Source: an uncultured Alphaproteobacteria bacterium
GTDB lineage: Bacteria > Pseudomonadota > Alphaproteobacteria > ATCC43930 > CGMCC-115725
Reading direction: 5' to 3'
Assembly (NCBI GenBank): GCA_963785735.1
Contig: CAWAWJ010000001.1
Location: 196,873-260,872 of the forward strand
Length of the DNA stretch: 64,000 nt
The translations under genes were made by a program, and so were the position numbers. How positions within the stretch are numbered: the stretch's first letter is position 1; each line of letters begins with the position of its first letter. The notes beneath the pieces were generated by a model. It did no database searches and was not told the origin of the DNA. It was given only the letters and a program-made list of their open reading frames with translations. Positions 1 through 8,342 of this stretch are shown here, one piece after another.

Positions 1-962
1 TGGCCGCCTTCGAGACTGATCAGATAATCGCGCTGCGCACCCAGGAAAACCTGGCGCGCCACCGTGCCCTCGGCCTGGTTGTCGCCGGCGCCCTTGCCGC
101 CCGCTTCTCCAAGCGCGATCTGGTGCGGACGGATCGAGACAATGGCGCCGTTGAGGCCGAGTTCGCCGTCGCCGCATTTCAGCACCACGCCGCCGCAATC
201 GACCGTCATCGATGCCGTCTTGCGGCCACGCAGGATGTTGGTGCCGCCGATGAAGCGGGCGACGAATTCCGAGCGCGGATGCCGGTAGACCTCTTCGGGC
301 GAGCCGGTCTGCTCGATACGGCCTTCGTTCATCACCACGATCACGTCGGCGGTGGTCATAGCCTCGATCTGGTCATGGGTGACGTAGATGGTGGTGGTGC
401 GATAGGTATCGTGGAGCCGCCGGATCTCGAAGCGCATCTCCTCGCGCAAATTCGCGTCGAGATTGGAGAGCGGCTCGTCCATCAGCAAGATCTCGGGCTC
501 GACTACCAACGCCCGGGCGAGCGCGGCGCGCTGTTGCTGCCCGCCCGAAACCTCGCCGGGATAACGTCCGGCCAGCGGCTTCAGGCGCATGGTGTCGAGC
601 ATGCGGTTGACCCGGGCTTCGATCTCGGACGAACCGAGGCGCCGCAGTTTGAGCCCGTAGGCGACGTTCTGGGCAATCGTCATATGCGGCCAGAGCGCGT
701 AGCTCTGGAAGATCATCGACATGTTGCGTTTTTCGGGCGGCAGGTTGACGCCCGGGCCCGAGACGATCCGTTCCCCCACCCGGATGGTGCCTTCATCCGG
801 CGACAGAAATCCGGCAATCAGCCGCAGCGTCGTGGTCTTCCCGCAGCCCGAGGGGCCCAGCAGCGAGACCAGGCTGCCATGGGGAATGGCAAGCGACAGG
901 TTTTCGACCGCGGTCAAGACGCCGAAATGTTTGGTCAATTGCGTCAGTTCGACGACCGCCAT
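1..962 (-). CDS. ABC transporter ATP-binding protein (PotA/FbpC/UgpC-type importer ATPase); C-terminus cut by the window edge
   Basis: Absent from the ORF track because it runs off the edge. My reverse-complement read from ATG 960-962 gives MAVVELTQLTKHFG..., with Walker A GPSGCGKTT, signature VSGGQQQR, Walker B ILLMDEPLS and H-loop VTHDQ. The '+' ORF 123..1016 opposite it is Arg/Ala/Gly junk. Confidence 0.9.
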   Translation of the reverse strand, partial: MAVVELTQLTKHFGVLTAVENLSLAIPHGSLVSLLGPSGCGKTTTLRLIAGFLSPDEGTIRVGERIVSGPGVNLPPEKRNMSMIFQSYALWPHMTIAQNVAYGLKLRRLGSSEIEARVNRMLDTMRLKPLAGRYPGEVSGGQQQRAALARALVVEPEILLMDEPLSNLDANLREEMRFEIRRLHDTYRTTTIYVTHDQIEAMTTADVIVVMNEGRIEQTGSPEEVYRHPRSEFVARFIGGTNILRGRKTASMTVDCGGVVLKCGDGELGLNGAIVSIRPHQIALGEAGGKGAGDNQAEGTVARQVFLGAQRDYLISLEGG

Positions 963-1083
963 CCCACTCCCCTGGCCCCGTCCTTATGCCGGACATTCGG
1001 GCACGGCCCATGTTAGCAGCCAAGTCCCGGCTAGCAACCGGCTGACTGAGGCCGGGTTTGCGGCGCGGACGGCAAGCAGAAGG

Positions 1084-1644
1084 TCAGCCGGTCCAGTCAC
1101 GCACGAAGCCCGAAGCGTCGGGCGCGGATGCCGGCGGCGCCGGGGCGTCCGGCGTGCCCAAATACATGAAGCCGATAATAGCGTCCGAGGCATTCAATCC
1201 GAGTGCATGTTTCACGAAGGGGTCATAGGCCGGCGCGCCGGTGCGCCACACCGCGCCGAAGCCCAGCGCATGGGCCGCGAGCTGAAGATTCTGCGCCGCG
1301 GCACCCCCGGCCAGCAGCTGTTCCACCGCCGGGATCTTGTGGCCTTCGATGATTTCGGCCGCGACCACGACGATAAGCGGCGCGCGCAACGGCTTGGCCC
1401 GCTCCTTCTCCAGAAGCGGTGGCGTCGCGGTGGGATCGCGGCGCTTCAAGGATTCCGCCATCAACGCGCCGAACCGCACGCGGGCATCTCCCCGCAGCAC
1501 GAGGAACCGCCACGGCCGGAGCTTGCCGTGATCGGGCGCGCGCATGGCGGCGCTGAGAATCGATTTGAGCGCCGCATCGCCGGGCGGCGGGTCCTTCAAC
1601 TGAGCGGGACTGCGGCGCGATAGCAGGGCGTCGAGGGCATCCAT
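1084..1644 (-). CDS. Nitroreductase family protein (YdjA-like)
   Basis: ORF 1084..1680. Contains MDALDALLSRRS, ILSAAMRAPDHGKLRPWRF and AAQNLQLAAHALGFGAVW, which are typical of the nitroreductase fold. Start moved to ATG 1642-1644. Confidence 0.8.
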   Translation of the reverse strand: MDALDALLSRRSPAQLKDPPPGDAALKSILSAAMRAPDHGKLRPWRFLVLRGDARVRFGALMAESLKRRDPTATPPLLEKERAKPLRAPLIVVVAAEIIEGHKIPAVEQLLAGGAAAQNLQLAAHALGFGAVWRTGAPAYDPFVKHALGLNASDAIIGFMYLGTPDAPAPPASAPDASGFVRDWTG

Positions 1645-1740
1645 CGCCCTTCTCTCCCATGCCGCGCGCGCGCGCCGCAACCCCTTGGCGCTGCCGCCAC
1701 GAATCGCGAAGGCTTATTCCTAGCGTCGATTGGCGGATGA

Positions 1741-1820
1741 CCTACCAGGGATAGTTCATTAACAACTTAAAGAGTGGTTAAAAACTCCTTGATTTATATA
1801 GACAATTAATTCATTTTAAC
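1741..1820 (+). promoter_or_regulatory. AT-rich promoter region upstream of the rpfF-like gene
   Basis: Sharp local drop in G+C (ttcattaacaacttaaagagtggttaaaaactccttgatttatatagacaattaattcatttt) just upstream of the ORF. I could not assign -35/-10 hexamers unambiguously. Confidence 0.45.
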
Positions 1821-1875
1821 CATGCCACCGCTTTCGCGTGGGGCGGCTTATCCGGCGGTTCGAGGGGGAACCATC

Positions 1876-2820
1876 ATGAAGACGGTATCGCAGCTTTTAG
1901 ACCCGGCGCGCAAAGCGCCCTCGCCCGGCGACGCCGGCGCGGAATTCGCGCGGCTCCCCGACGCGGTCGAGGTGGCGGTAGGCGGACAGAAATTCTCCCA
2001 ATTCGATCTCGAATACGATCCGGAAAAGAAGATCCTCTTCTGCTACTTCAAATTCGCCGGCCGGCCCTGTTTCACGCCGGACTTGTTGCGCGAAGCCCAG
2101 GCGATCCAGCGCCTGATGCGCGGATTGTTCGGCGACCGCGTCGTCGGCGAGCCGCCGTTGCGTTACATGGTTCTAGGCTCGCGCGCCAAGGGCGTATGGA
2201 ATCTGGGCGGCGATCTCGAGCTGTTCGCTTCTCTCATCCGCAACCGCGACCGCGCGGCTCTGCGCCGCTACGCCCATACCTGCTGCGAGGTGGGCTTCAC
2301 CAACGCCACCGGCCTGGGCTTCGATCTGCCGGTGATCTCGGTCGCGCTGATCCAGGGCGACGCGCTGGGCGGCGGCTTCGAGGCGGCGCTCAGCTCAAAT
2401 CTGATCATCGCCGAGCGCGGCGCCAAGTTCGGCCTGCCCGAAATCCTGTTCAATCTCTTCCCCGGCATGGGGGCCTACAGCTTTCTGACGCGCCGCATCG
2501 CCCCCGGTATCGCCGAGCGAATCATCATGAGCGGCGAGATCTACAGCGCCGAGCAATTGCACGCGCTGGGCGTGGTCGACGTGCTGGCGCCGAACGGCCA
2601 GGGTTTACAGACCTTCTACGATTTCATCGGCCGGCGCGAGCGCCGTTACGCCGCGCAGCGCGCCATGTACCGCGCCCGCCGCCTGGTCAACCCGGTGACC
2701 TTCGAGGAAATGACGCGAATCGCCGATCTCTGGGTCGAGGCCGCCTTCAAGCTCGATGACAGCGATTTGAAGCGCATGGAGCGGCTGGTGACGGCGCAGG
2801 AGCGCCGCGCCCGAGCCTAA
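1876..2820 (+). CDS. rpfF: Crotonase-superfamily protein, RpfF-like DSF (cis-2-enoic fatty acid signal) synthase
   Basis: ORF 1822..2820, start set at ATG 1876 after a gaggggga RBS. The block QGDALGGGFEAALSSNLIIAERGAKFGLPEILFNLFPGMGAYSFLTRRI, with two Glu (codons 2380-2382 and 2440-2442), matches the RpfF signature region as I remember it. So does the tail IADLWVEAAFKL..DLKRMERLVTAQ. Confidence 0.7.
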   Translation: MKTVSQLLDPARKAPSPGDAGAEFARLPDAVEVAVGGQKFSQFDLEYDPEKKILFCYFKFAGRPCFTPDLLREAQAIQRLMRGLFGDRVVGEPPLRYMVLGSRAKGVWNLGGDLELFASLIRNRDRAALRRYAHTCCEVGFTNATGLGFDLPVISVALIQGDALGGGFEAALSSNLIIAERGAKFGLPEILFNLFPGMGAYSFLTRRIAPGIAERIIMSGEIYSAEQLHALGVVDVLAPNGQGLQTFYDFIGRRERRYAAQRAMYRARRLVNPVTFEEMTRIADLWVEAAFKLDDSDLKRMERLVTAQERRARA

Positions 2821-2842
2821 ACGGCCTCGGCCGCGCCGCCCC

Positions 2843-5683
2843 TCACCCGCGTCCTTGGGTGCGGGTCAATTGCTCCAGGCTGGTATCGAGCCGGGTGAAT
2901 TCACCGACGATCTTGTCGAAATAGGCCGTGCCGGTCTGGGACAGATCCTTGGCGGTGACATCCCGCATCGACGTGAGGGTTTCACACAGCCGCACCGCGC
3001 CGACATTGGCGGCGCCGCTCCGGAGCGAATGGGTCACGTCGCGGAAATCCCGCAAATCGGCCTTCTCCACCGCCTGTTTCAAGTGATCGATCAGGCGGCG
3101 CGCATCCTTGCGGAAGGTTTCCACCACCTCGGCCACGAAATCATTGCCGCCCAATGTGCGGAGCGCCTCGAAGGTGCGCTCGTCAATCACCGCGCCCTGA
3201 TCGGGCACGAAGCGCGGATGGGCCGAGATCGGCGTCACCACCTGGGGAGCGAGCAGCGGGCGGCGGTCGGTCAAGGCCGCCCGGCCATGGATTTCGTTGA
3301 TGGCGTTGAGCAATTGAGCGGGCTCCATCGGCTTGGTCAGCACCGCATCCATGCCGGCTTCGCGGCAAAGCCGCTCGGTTTCCGAGGTAACATCGGCCGT
3401 CAATGCCACGATCGGCAGCCGCCATTCGCCGACATGGCCCATGCGATAGAGCTTCGCCACCTCGTAGCCGGTGACGTCGGGCATGTTGATGTCCAGGAGC
3501 GCCAGATCGAAACGCACGCGTTCGAGCGCGGCCAGCGCCTCCTCGCCATCGCTCACCACCTCGACCTGGTGGCCGGCCATTTCCAGGATTTTCTTCAGTA
3601 TCTTGCAATTGGCGGCGTTGTCGTCGGCCACCAGCACCTTGAGCGCGCGCGCGGCCGGGGCGGGCGCCGGGGACTGCGGCCCAGGGGATTGCGGTTGAAC
3701 CGGCGCCGGACGGGCGGACGCGGCGGGATATGAGGCGGGCAATGGGGCCGACTCCGTCATCGGCTGGTTTAGGGACAAAGTCTCGACGCCATGGGCGCGC
3801 GGGTCGCTCGCTAGCATGCTGAGAAGAGCGCTCGCCAGCTGCGCCTCGCTTACCGGCGCTTCGATCACCGCTGTCAGTTGCGCCACGCCCAGCCTCGCGA
3901 CCGCGTCGCTGCCGCGCGGCCCGGCGATGAACAGGATCTGATGCTCCTCGGACGAAGCGTTGCCGAGGCGATGGGCGAGCGACAGTGCGGCCAGTGGATT
4001 GTCGCGGCCGTCGAGCAGCACCACCGCGGGATTGACGCTACCTTTTTTCCCGGCGAGATCGGCCAGGGCCGCCTCACCCTCGGCGTACCAGCGGAGATCG
4101 CCGCGCCAGGCGCGGATGCGCGCCTGCAGCGATGCCGCGAATTCGCTATCCGGCGAGATCAGCGCGAGGTTGCGGCCGGCGAGATCGGGCGGGCGGGCGA
4201 ATCCGGCGGCGTCGGGCTCGAGCGCCAGCTCGACGGTGAAGGTGCTGCCGCGCCCAGCCTCGCTCGAAACCGAGATGGTTCCGCCCATGAGCTCGACCAG
4301 TTGCTTGCAGATCGCCAACCCCAGCCCGGTGCCGCCGAAGCGCCTTGTCACGGTCTCGTCGGCCTGGGCGAAGACCTCGAAGATGCGGGTTTGCGCCTCG
4401 GGCGGGATGCCGACGCCCTCGTCCTTGACGGCAAGCGCCAGGCGCAGCTTGGCGTCTTCCGGACCGAGATAAGAGGCGGTTAGCGATATCCGCCCGCGCG
4501 CTGTGAATTTGATGGCGTTGGCGACCAGATTCACCAGCACCTGGCGCAATTGCAGCGGCAGCCCGCGATAAACCGGCGGCAGGCGCGGATCGACGGCGAG
4601 GGTCAGTGCGAGATTCTTGGCCTCGGCCTGGGGCTTCAATAAGGCCACGACGCTGCCCAGCAGCTCATGCAGCGCGAAGCTCTCGATCGCGGGCTTCAAT
4701 TTGCCGGCTTCGAGTTTCGACAGATCGAGCAGGTCGTTGATCAGGCCCAGCAGGGTCTGGGCGGAGAAACGCATGGTGGCAAGCATGTCGCGCTGTTCGG
4801 CGTCGAGATTGGTGCGGGCGAACAACGCGCCCATGCCGATGAAGCTGTTGAGCGGCGTCCGGAGCTCGTGGCTCATGATGGCGAGGAAGCGGCTCTTGGC
4901 GGCGTTGGCTTCCTCGGCCGCGGCCTTGGCGGCGGTGAGGCGGCGCACCAGCGTGGCGGCGTAGCTCGGCAGCAACGCCAGCGCGACATAGACACCGGCG
5001 GCCTCGGCCGGGCGGCTTTGCCAATAGGGCGTCGAGATCACCACTGCGCCGAAGCCGAGGATCGAGAGCACGGCCGAAGCGGCCAGCGCCCGGAGCCCGA
5101 AGCGGAAGCCGAAGCCGAAGATCACCCAGAGATAGATCGGGAACCACGGCGCCGCATACCCGTCGCCGACATGGAGGAAGACCGAGACGAAGGCGACGTC
5201 GCTTACCAGCGCGGCGGCGCGGCGCAACGTCACCACGTGCGGCACCGCCATCATGTGCACGAACAGCAGCCAGGCGCAGAGCATGCCTGGTACGTCTACC
5301 GCCAGCAGCGGCAACAGCAGATCGCCGCCGACGCCGAGGGCGGCGAGCGCCGCCAAATAGAGCAGCACAACGCCGGTGAAGAAGACGCGGATGATCGCCT
5401 GTTGCGCTTCGCCGCCCGAGCGGGCGCCCAGTTCGGCGGCGATCGGCCCGAGGCCCTTCAACGTGACGATGACAAAAGCGAGCGCCGGCCCGGCGAGACA
5501 TAGCGCCAGAGCGAGCAGGCCCAGAAGAGGATCGAGCGCGGGCCCCAGCTTGAAGGCGCCGATGCCGGCCACCACCAGTGGCGCCAGCACGGCATAAAGC
5601 GCCAACGCCAAAGCGGTAACGCGCGCCTGGCGCCCGACACGGCGGGCTCCCGGCGGGCTCGATGCCTCTTGCCGTTCGGTCAT
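2843..5683 (-). CDS. Hybrid sensor histidine kinase with RpfC-like architecture (polytopic membrane sensor, HisKA, HATPase, degenerate receiver, REC, HPt)
   Basis: 946 aa. The N-terminal ~230 aa are hydrophobic helices (PWFPIYLWVIFGFGFRFG). H-box MSHELRTPLN, G-box GGTGLGLAICKQLVELMGG, REC KVLVADDN..LALLDINMPD..VALTAD..LTKP, HPt THSLRSGAANVGA. Confidence 0.85.
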   Translation of the reverse strand: MTERQEASSPPGARRVGRQARVTALALALYAVLAPLVVAGIGAFKLGPALDPLLGLLALALCLAGPALAFVIVTLKGLGPIAAELGARSGGEAQQAIIRVFFTGVVLLYLAALAALGVGGDLLLPLLAVDVPGMLCAWLLFVHMMAVPHVVTLRRAAALVSDVAFVSVFLHVGDGYAAPWFPIYLWVIFGFGFRFGLRALAASAVLSILGFGAVVISTPYWQSRPAEAAGVYVALALLPSYAATLVRRLTAAKAAAEEANAAKSRFLAIMSHELRTPLNSFIGMGALFARTNLDAEQRDMLATMRFSAQTLLGLINDLLDLSKLEAGKLKPAIESFALHELLGSVVALLKPQAEAKNLALTLAVDPRLPPVYRGLPLQLRQVLVNLVANAIKFTARGRISLTASYLGPEDAKLRLALAVKDEGVGIPPEAQTRIFEVFAQADETVTRRFGGTGLGLAICKQLVELMGGTISVSSEAGRGSTFTVELALEPDAAGFARPPDLAGRNLALISPDSEFAASLQARIRAWRGDLRWYAEGEAALADLAGKKGSVNPAVVLLDGRDNPLAALSLAHRLGNASSEEHQILFIAGPRGSDAVARLGVAQLTAVIEAPVSEAQLASALLSMLASDPRAHGVETLSLNQPMTESAPLPASYPAASARPAPVQPQSPGPQSPAPAPAARALKVLVADDNAANCKILKKILEMAGHQVEVVSDGEEALAALERVRFDLALLDINMPDVTGYEVAKLYRMGHVGEWRLPIVALTADVTSETERLCREAGMDAVLTKPMEPAQLLNAINEIHGRAALTDRRPLLAPQVVTPISAHPRFVPDQGAVIDERTFEALRTLGGNDFVAEVVETFRKDARRLIDHLKQAVEKADLRDFRDVTHSLRSGAANVGAVRLCETLTSMRDVTAKDLSQTGTAYFDKIVGEFTRLDTSLEQLTRTQGRG

Positions 5684-5829
5684 TCGGCGCTCGTCAACGG
5701 ACCCTCCCCCGCCCGTTGGCGGCGATGCGAATCGCCGGGCGGGTTAGAAGGATTCTGACCCCAAGACGGGGAAAAATCCACCTTAGGCGGGGATTCGAGT
5801 TCGGCTCCGGAAGCGAGCAACTCGGGCCC

Positions 5830-7458
5830 TCAGGCGGTGGCTGTGGCGGGGGACGGCAAGGCGCGTTCGACCGGCAAGAAAACCCGCACGGTGGTGCCGG
5901 CATCCTTCTCGCTTTCGATCGTCAGGCGCCCGCCATGCAGCTCGACCAGTCCGATGGCGAGCGGCAGGCCCAGCCCTGTGCCGGCATGGCGGCGGCTCCA
6001 GGTGCTGGCGACCTGGCCGAAGCGAGTGACCGCGGTCTCGATCTCCATCTTGTCCATACCGATGCCGTGATCGGATACGGCGATTTCGAGCCCATTCTTG
6101 GCCAGACGGGCGGAGAACTCGACATGCCCGCCAGGATGGCTGAACTTGATGGCGTTGGTGATGAGATTGAGCAGCACCTGCTTGAGCTTCAAGCTGTCGA
6201 CGCGGTAGCGCGGCAACCGGGGCGCGATATCGGTATCGATGGTGATATCGAGGGCGCGGGCGCGCTCGGCGACCAGCTGCATCACGTCGCGCACGATCTG
6301 CGGAATTTCGGCTTCTTCCTCGTCGAGTTCGACCTTGCCGGCCTCGAGCTTGGAGACGTCGAGAATGTCGCTGATGATGCCGAGAAGATGCTGGGCCGAC
6401 GCGCAGATGTCGCGCGCATAGCCCGTGTAGCGCGGGCTGCCCATGGGACCCATCACCTCGTCGGCCATCACCTGGGAGAAGCCGATGATGGCGTTCAAGG
6501 GCGTGCGCAATTCGTGGCTCATATTGGCGAGGAATTCGGATTTGCTGCGGCTGGCGAGTTCGGCCTCTTCCTTGGCGGCGACCAAAGTCAGCTCGGCCTC
6601 TTTCCGCTCGGTGATGTCGAGCGCAACGGTGACCACCAGCATCGGTCTTCCGGCCTGATCCTTCAACAGCGCCTTGGTGGTGAGCAGCACGCGCTCCTCA
6701 CCCTTGGGCGTCTTGACGGTTTCCTCGTTGGAGCCGGGCTGCTCCAATCCGCCGATGATGCGGCGGTCGCGCGCGGTTTCCTCGCGGGCGCGCTGATCGT
6801 TGCTCACTGCATCCGGCGTCTGGCCGATGATCGTAGCCGCCCTCTTGCCGACGCTGCGCGCGAACCAGTCGTTGACGAAGACATAGCGGCCGTCGCGGTC
6901 GGTGGCGACCACCGCCATCGGCACGGCGTCGATGACGCGCAACAGCAGCTCGTGGCTTTCCCGAAGCGCATCCTGGTGGCGGCGCGATTCCTCGACGATG
7001 CGTTCCTCGAGCGAGGAGGCGCGCGCTTTCAGCAGCAATTGCTGGCGGCGCAACGTCAAGAGGTTGCGCGAGCGCACGCGGAATTCGTGATGATCGACCG
7101 GGCTGAGCAGATAGTCGGTGGCGCCGGCCTCGAGCGCCTGATAACGCAGATCGCGGTCCTCGTAGGCGGTGATGACGATCACCGGCACGTCGACGCAAGC
7201 CGCGATCTCGCGGATGTGGCGAATGAAGGCCGCACCGTCGAGCTCCGGCATGTTGAAATCGGTGATGACCAGATCGGGCGGCGCTTGCGCGAACGCGTCG
7301 AGCGCGCTTTGCGGCCGGTCATAGGTGTTGACCTCAACGCCTTCGAGCGAGCGGGCGAGCCGTTCCAGAATCTTCAGATTGGTCACGCGGTCGTCAACGA
7401 TGGCGACGGTCTGGAGCTTCACCCCGGACTCCGATGTCAGAACGGAAAAGTCCCGCAC
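5830..7458 (-). CDS. REC-PAS-HisKA-HATPase sensor kinase (N-terminal receiver domain)
   Basis: 542 aa. REC VAIVDDRV..DLVITDFNMPELDG..VITAY..LLSP, then a PAS-like segment (VIDAVPMAVVATDRDGRYVFVND), H-box MSHELRTPLN and G-box HAGTGLGLPLAIGLVELHGG. Confidence 0.85.
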   Translation of the reverse strand: MRDFSVLTSESGVKLQTVAIVDDRVTNLKILERLARSLEGVEVNTYDRPQSALDAFAQAPPDLVITDFNMPELDGAAFIRHIREIAACVDVPVIVITAYEDRDLRYQALEAGATDYLLSPVDHHEFRVRSRNLLTLRRQQLLLKARASSLEERIVEESRRHQDALRESHELLLRVIDAVPMAVVATDRDGRYVFVNDWFARSVGKRAATIIGQTPDAVSNDQRAREETARDRRIIGGLEQPGSNEETVKTPKGEERVLLTTKALLKDQAGRPMLVVTVALDITERKEAELTLVAAKEEAELASRSKSEFLANMSHELRTPLNAIIGFSQVMADEVMGPMGSPRYTGYARDICASAQHLLGIISDILDVSKLEAGKVELDEEEAEIPQIVRDVMQLVAERARALDITIDTDIAPRLPRYRVDSLKLKQVLLNLITNAIKFSHPGGHVEFSARLAKNGLEIAVSDHGIGMDKMEIETAVTRFGQVASTWSRRHAGTGLGLPLAIGLVELHGGRLTIESEKDAGTTVRVFLPVERALPSPATATA

Positions 7459-7571
7459 GATTGGCGTCCTTCAGTATCGGCGCGGGTTAACCCCGCATCA
7501 AGCGGGATGAATACTGGTAAATCATGGTTAATAAAGAGTTACCGTATTGAAAAATCTGGGGAAAACCCCGA

Positions 7572-8330
7572 TCAGGCGGCCGCCAGGGTGAGTTGCGATT
7601 CGCCGATGCCGGCGAAGCGCGCGACCACCGGGGCGCCGGGCGGTGCGATGATCAGGCCGGTATGCGAGCCGGTGGTGACATAATCGCCCGCTTTCAACAT
7701 GCGTCCGCGCTTGGCGGCATGATTGGCGAGCCAGGCGAGGAGCCGCTTCGGGTGGCCGGCGGGATTGCCGCCCACGGCATGGGCCGCCTCGCGCCCGCCG
7801 ATCAACAGGCTCGCCTCGGGCTTCAGGAGATCGAGCGTGCGCCAATCCGCCGCTGGCGGCCCGTAACAGAACCCGCCATTCGAAAGATTGTCGGCCAGTA
7901 GCGCCAGCTCCGGCACCGCCTTGCGGTCGACGAAACGGGTATCGAGAAATTCGATCGCGGGATGGAGACTTTCGACTGCGTCCCACGCTTCGTCCTCGCC
8001 ATAGGGCCGGTCGCGCGCCGGCAGGTCATGGCCGAGACGCAGCGCGATTTCGGCCTCGACGCCGTTCAAGCCGGTGCGCGAGGCAAGCAGATGCGCCGGG
8101 CTTTTCACCACATGACCGGCGAAAAGCGGCGCGCAAGACGGCGGCGATTTGGGACCGGGAGATCCTACCTTCCAGCCGGACACCTTCACGCCGAGCTTGG
8201 CCGCCACCAGCTCCTGTACTTGATAGGCGTCGTCCTCCCCGCGGGGGCACAGCTCGGGCGCCAGGCTGATGATGCGGCGGCCGCTGATGCGCGCGCCGAT
8301 CAGAAGTGCGGCGAGGCGCTCGGCGGACAT
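7572..8330 (-). CDS. 2-keto-4-pentenoate hydratase family protein (MhpD/HpcG-like hydratase/decarboxylase)
   Basis: 252 aa. DDAYQVQELVAAKLGVKVSGWKVG and the C-terminal GDYVTTGSHTG.. are typical of this FAH-related hydratase family. Motif-level call only. Confidence 0.6.
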   Translation of the reverse strand: MSAERLAALLIGARISGRRIISLAPELCPRGEDDAYQVQELVAAKLGVKVSGWKVGSPGPKSPPSCAPLFAGHVVKSPAHLLASRTGLNGVEAEIALRLGHDLPARDRPYGEDEAWDAVESLHPAIEFLDTRFVDRKAVPELALLADNLSNGGFCYGPPAADWRTLDLLKPEASLLIGGREAAHAVGGNPAGHPKRLLAWLANHAAKRGRMLKAGDYVTTGSHTGLIIAPPGAPVVARFAGIGESQLTLAAA

Positions 8331-8342
8331 TTTTCCCGCGCT

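Noticed and set aside
123-1016. The '+' strand ORFs 123..1016 and 721..1623 at the left edge.
   Set aside because: The minus strand of the same region reads as a complete ABC ATPase N-terminus and core (Walker A, signature, Walker B). The '+' frames are compositional artefacts.
1768-1782. A shared 8-mer TAAAGAGT (next to GGTTAA) in the AT-rich promoters of the rpfF-like gene (about 1770) and the REC-PAS kinase (about 7537), considered as a common operator.
   Set aside because: My rough estimate is that one shared 8-mer between two ~100-nt AT-rich stretches is expected by chance. The relative order and orientation of the sub-motifs also differ.
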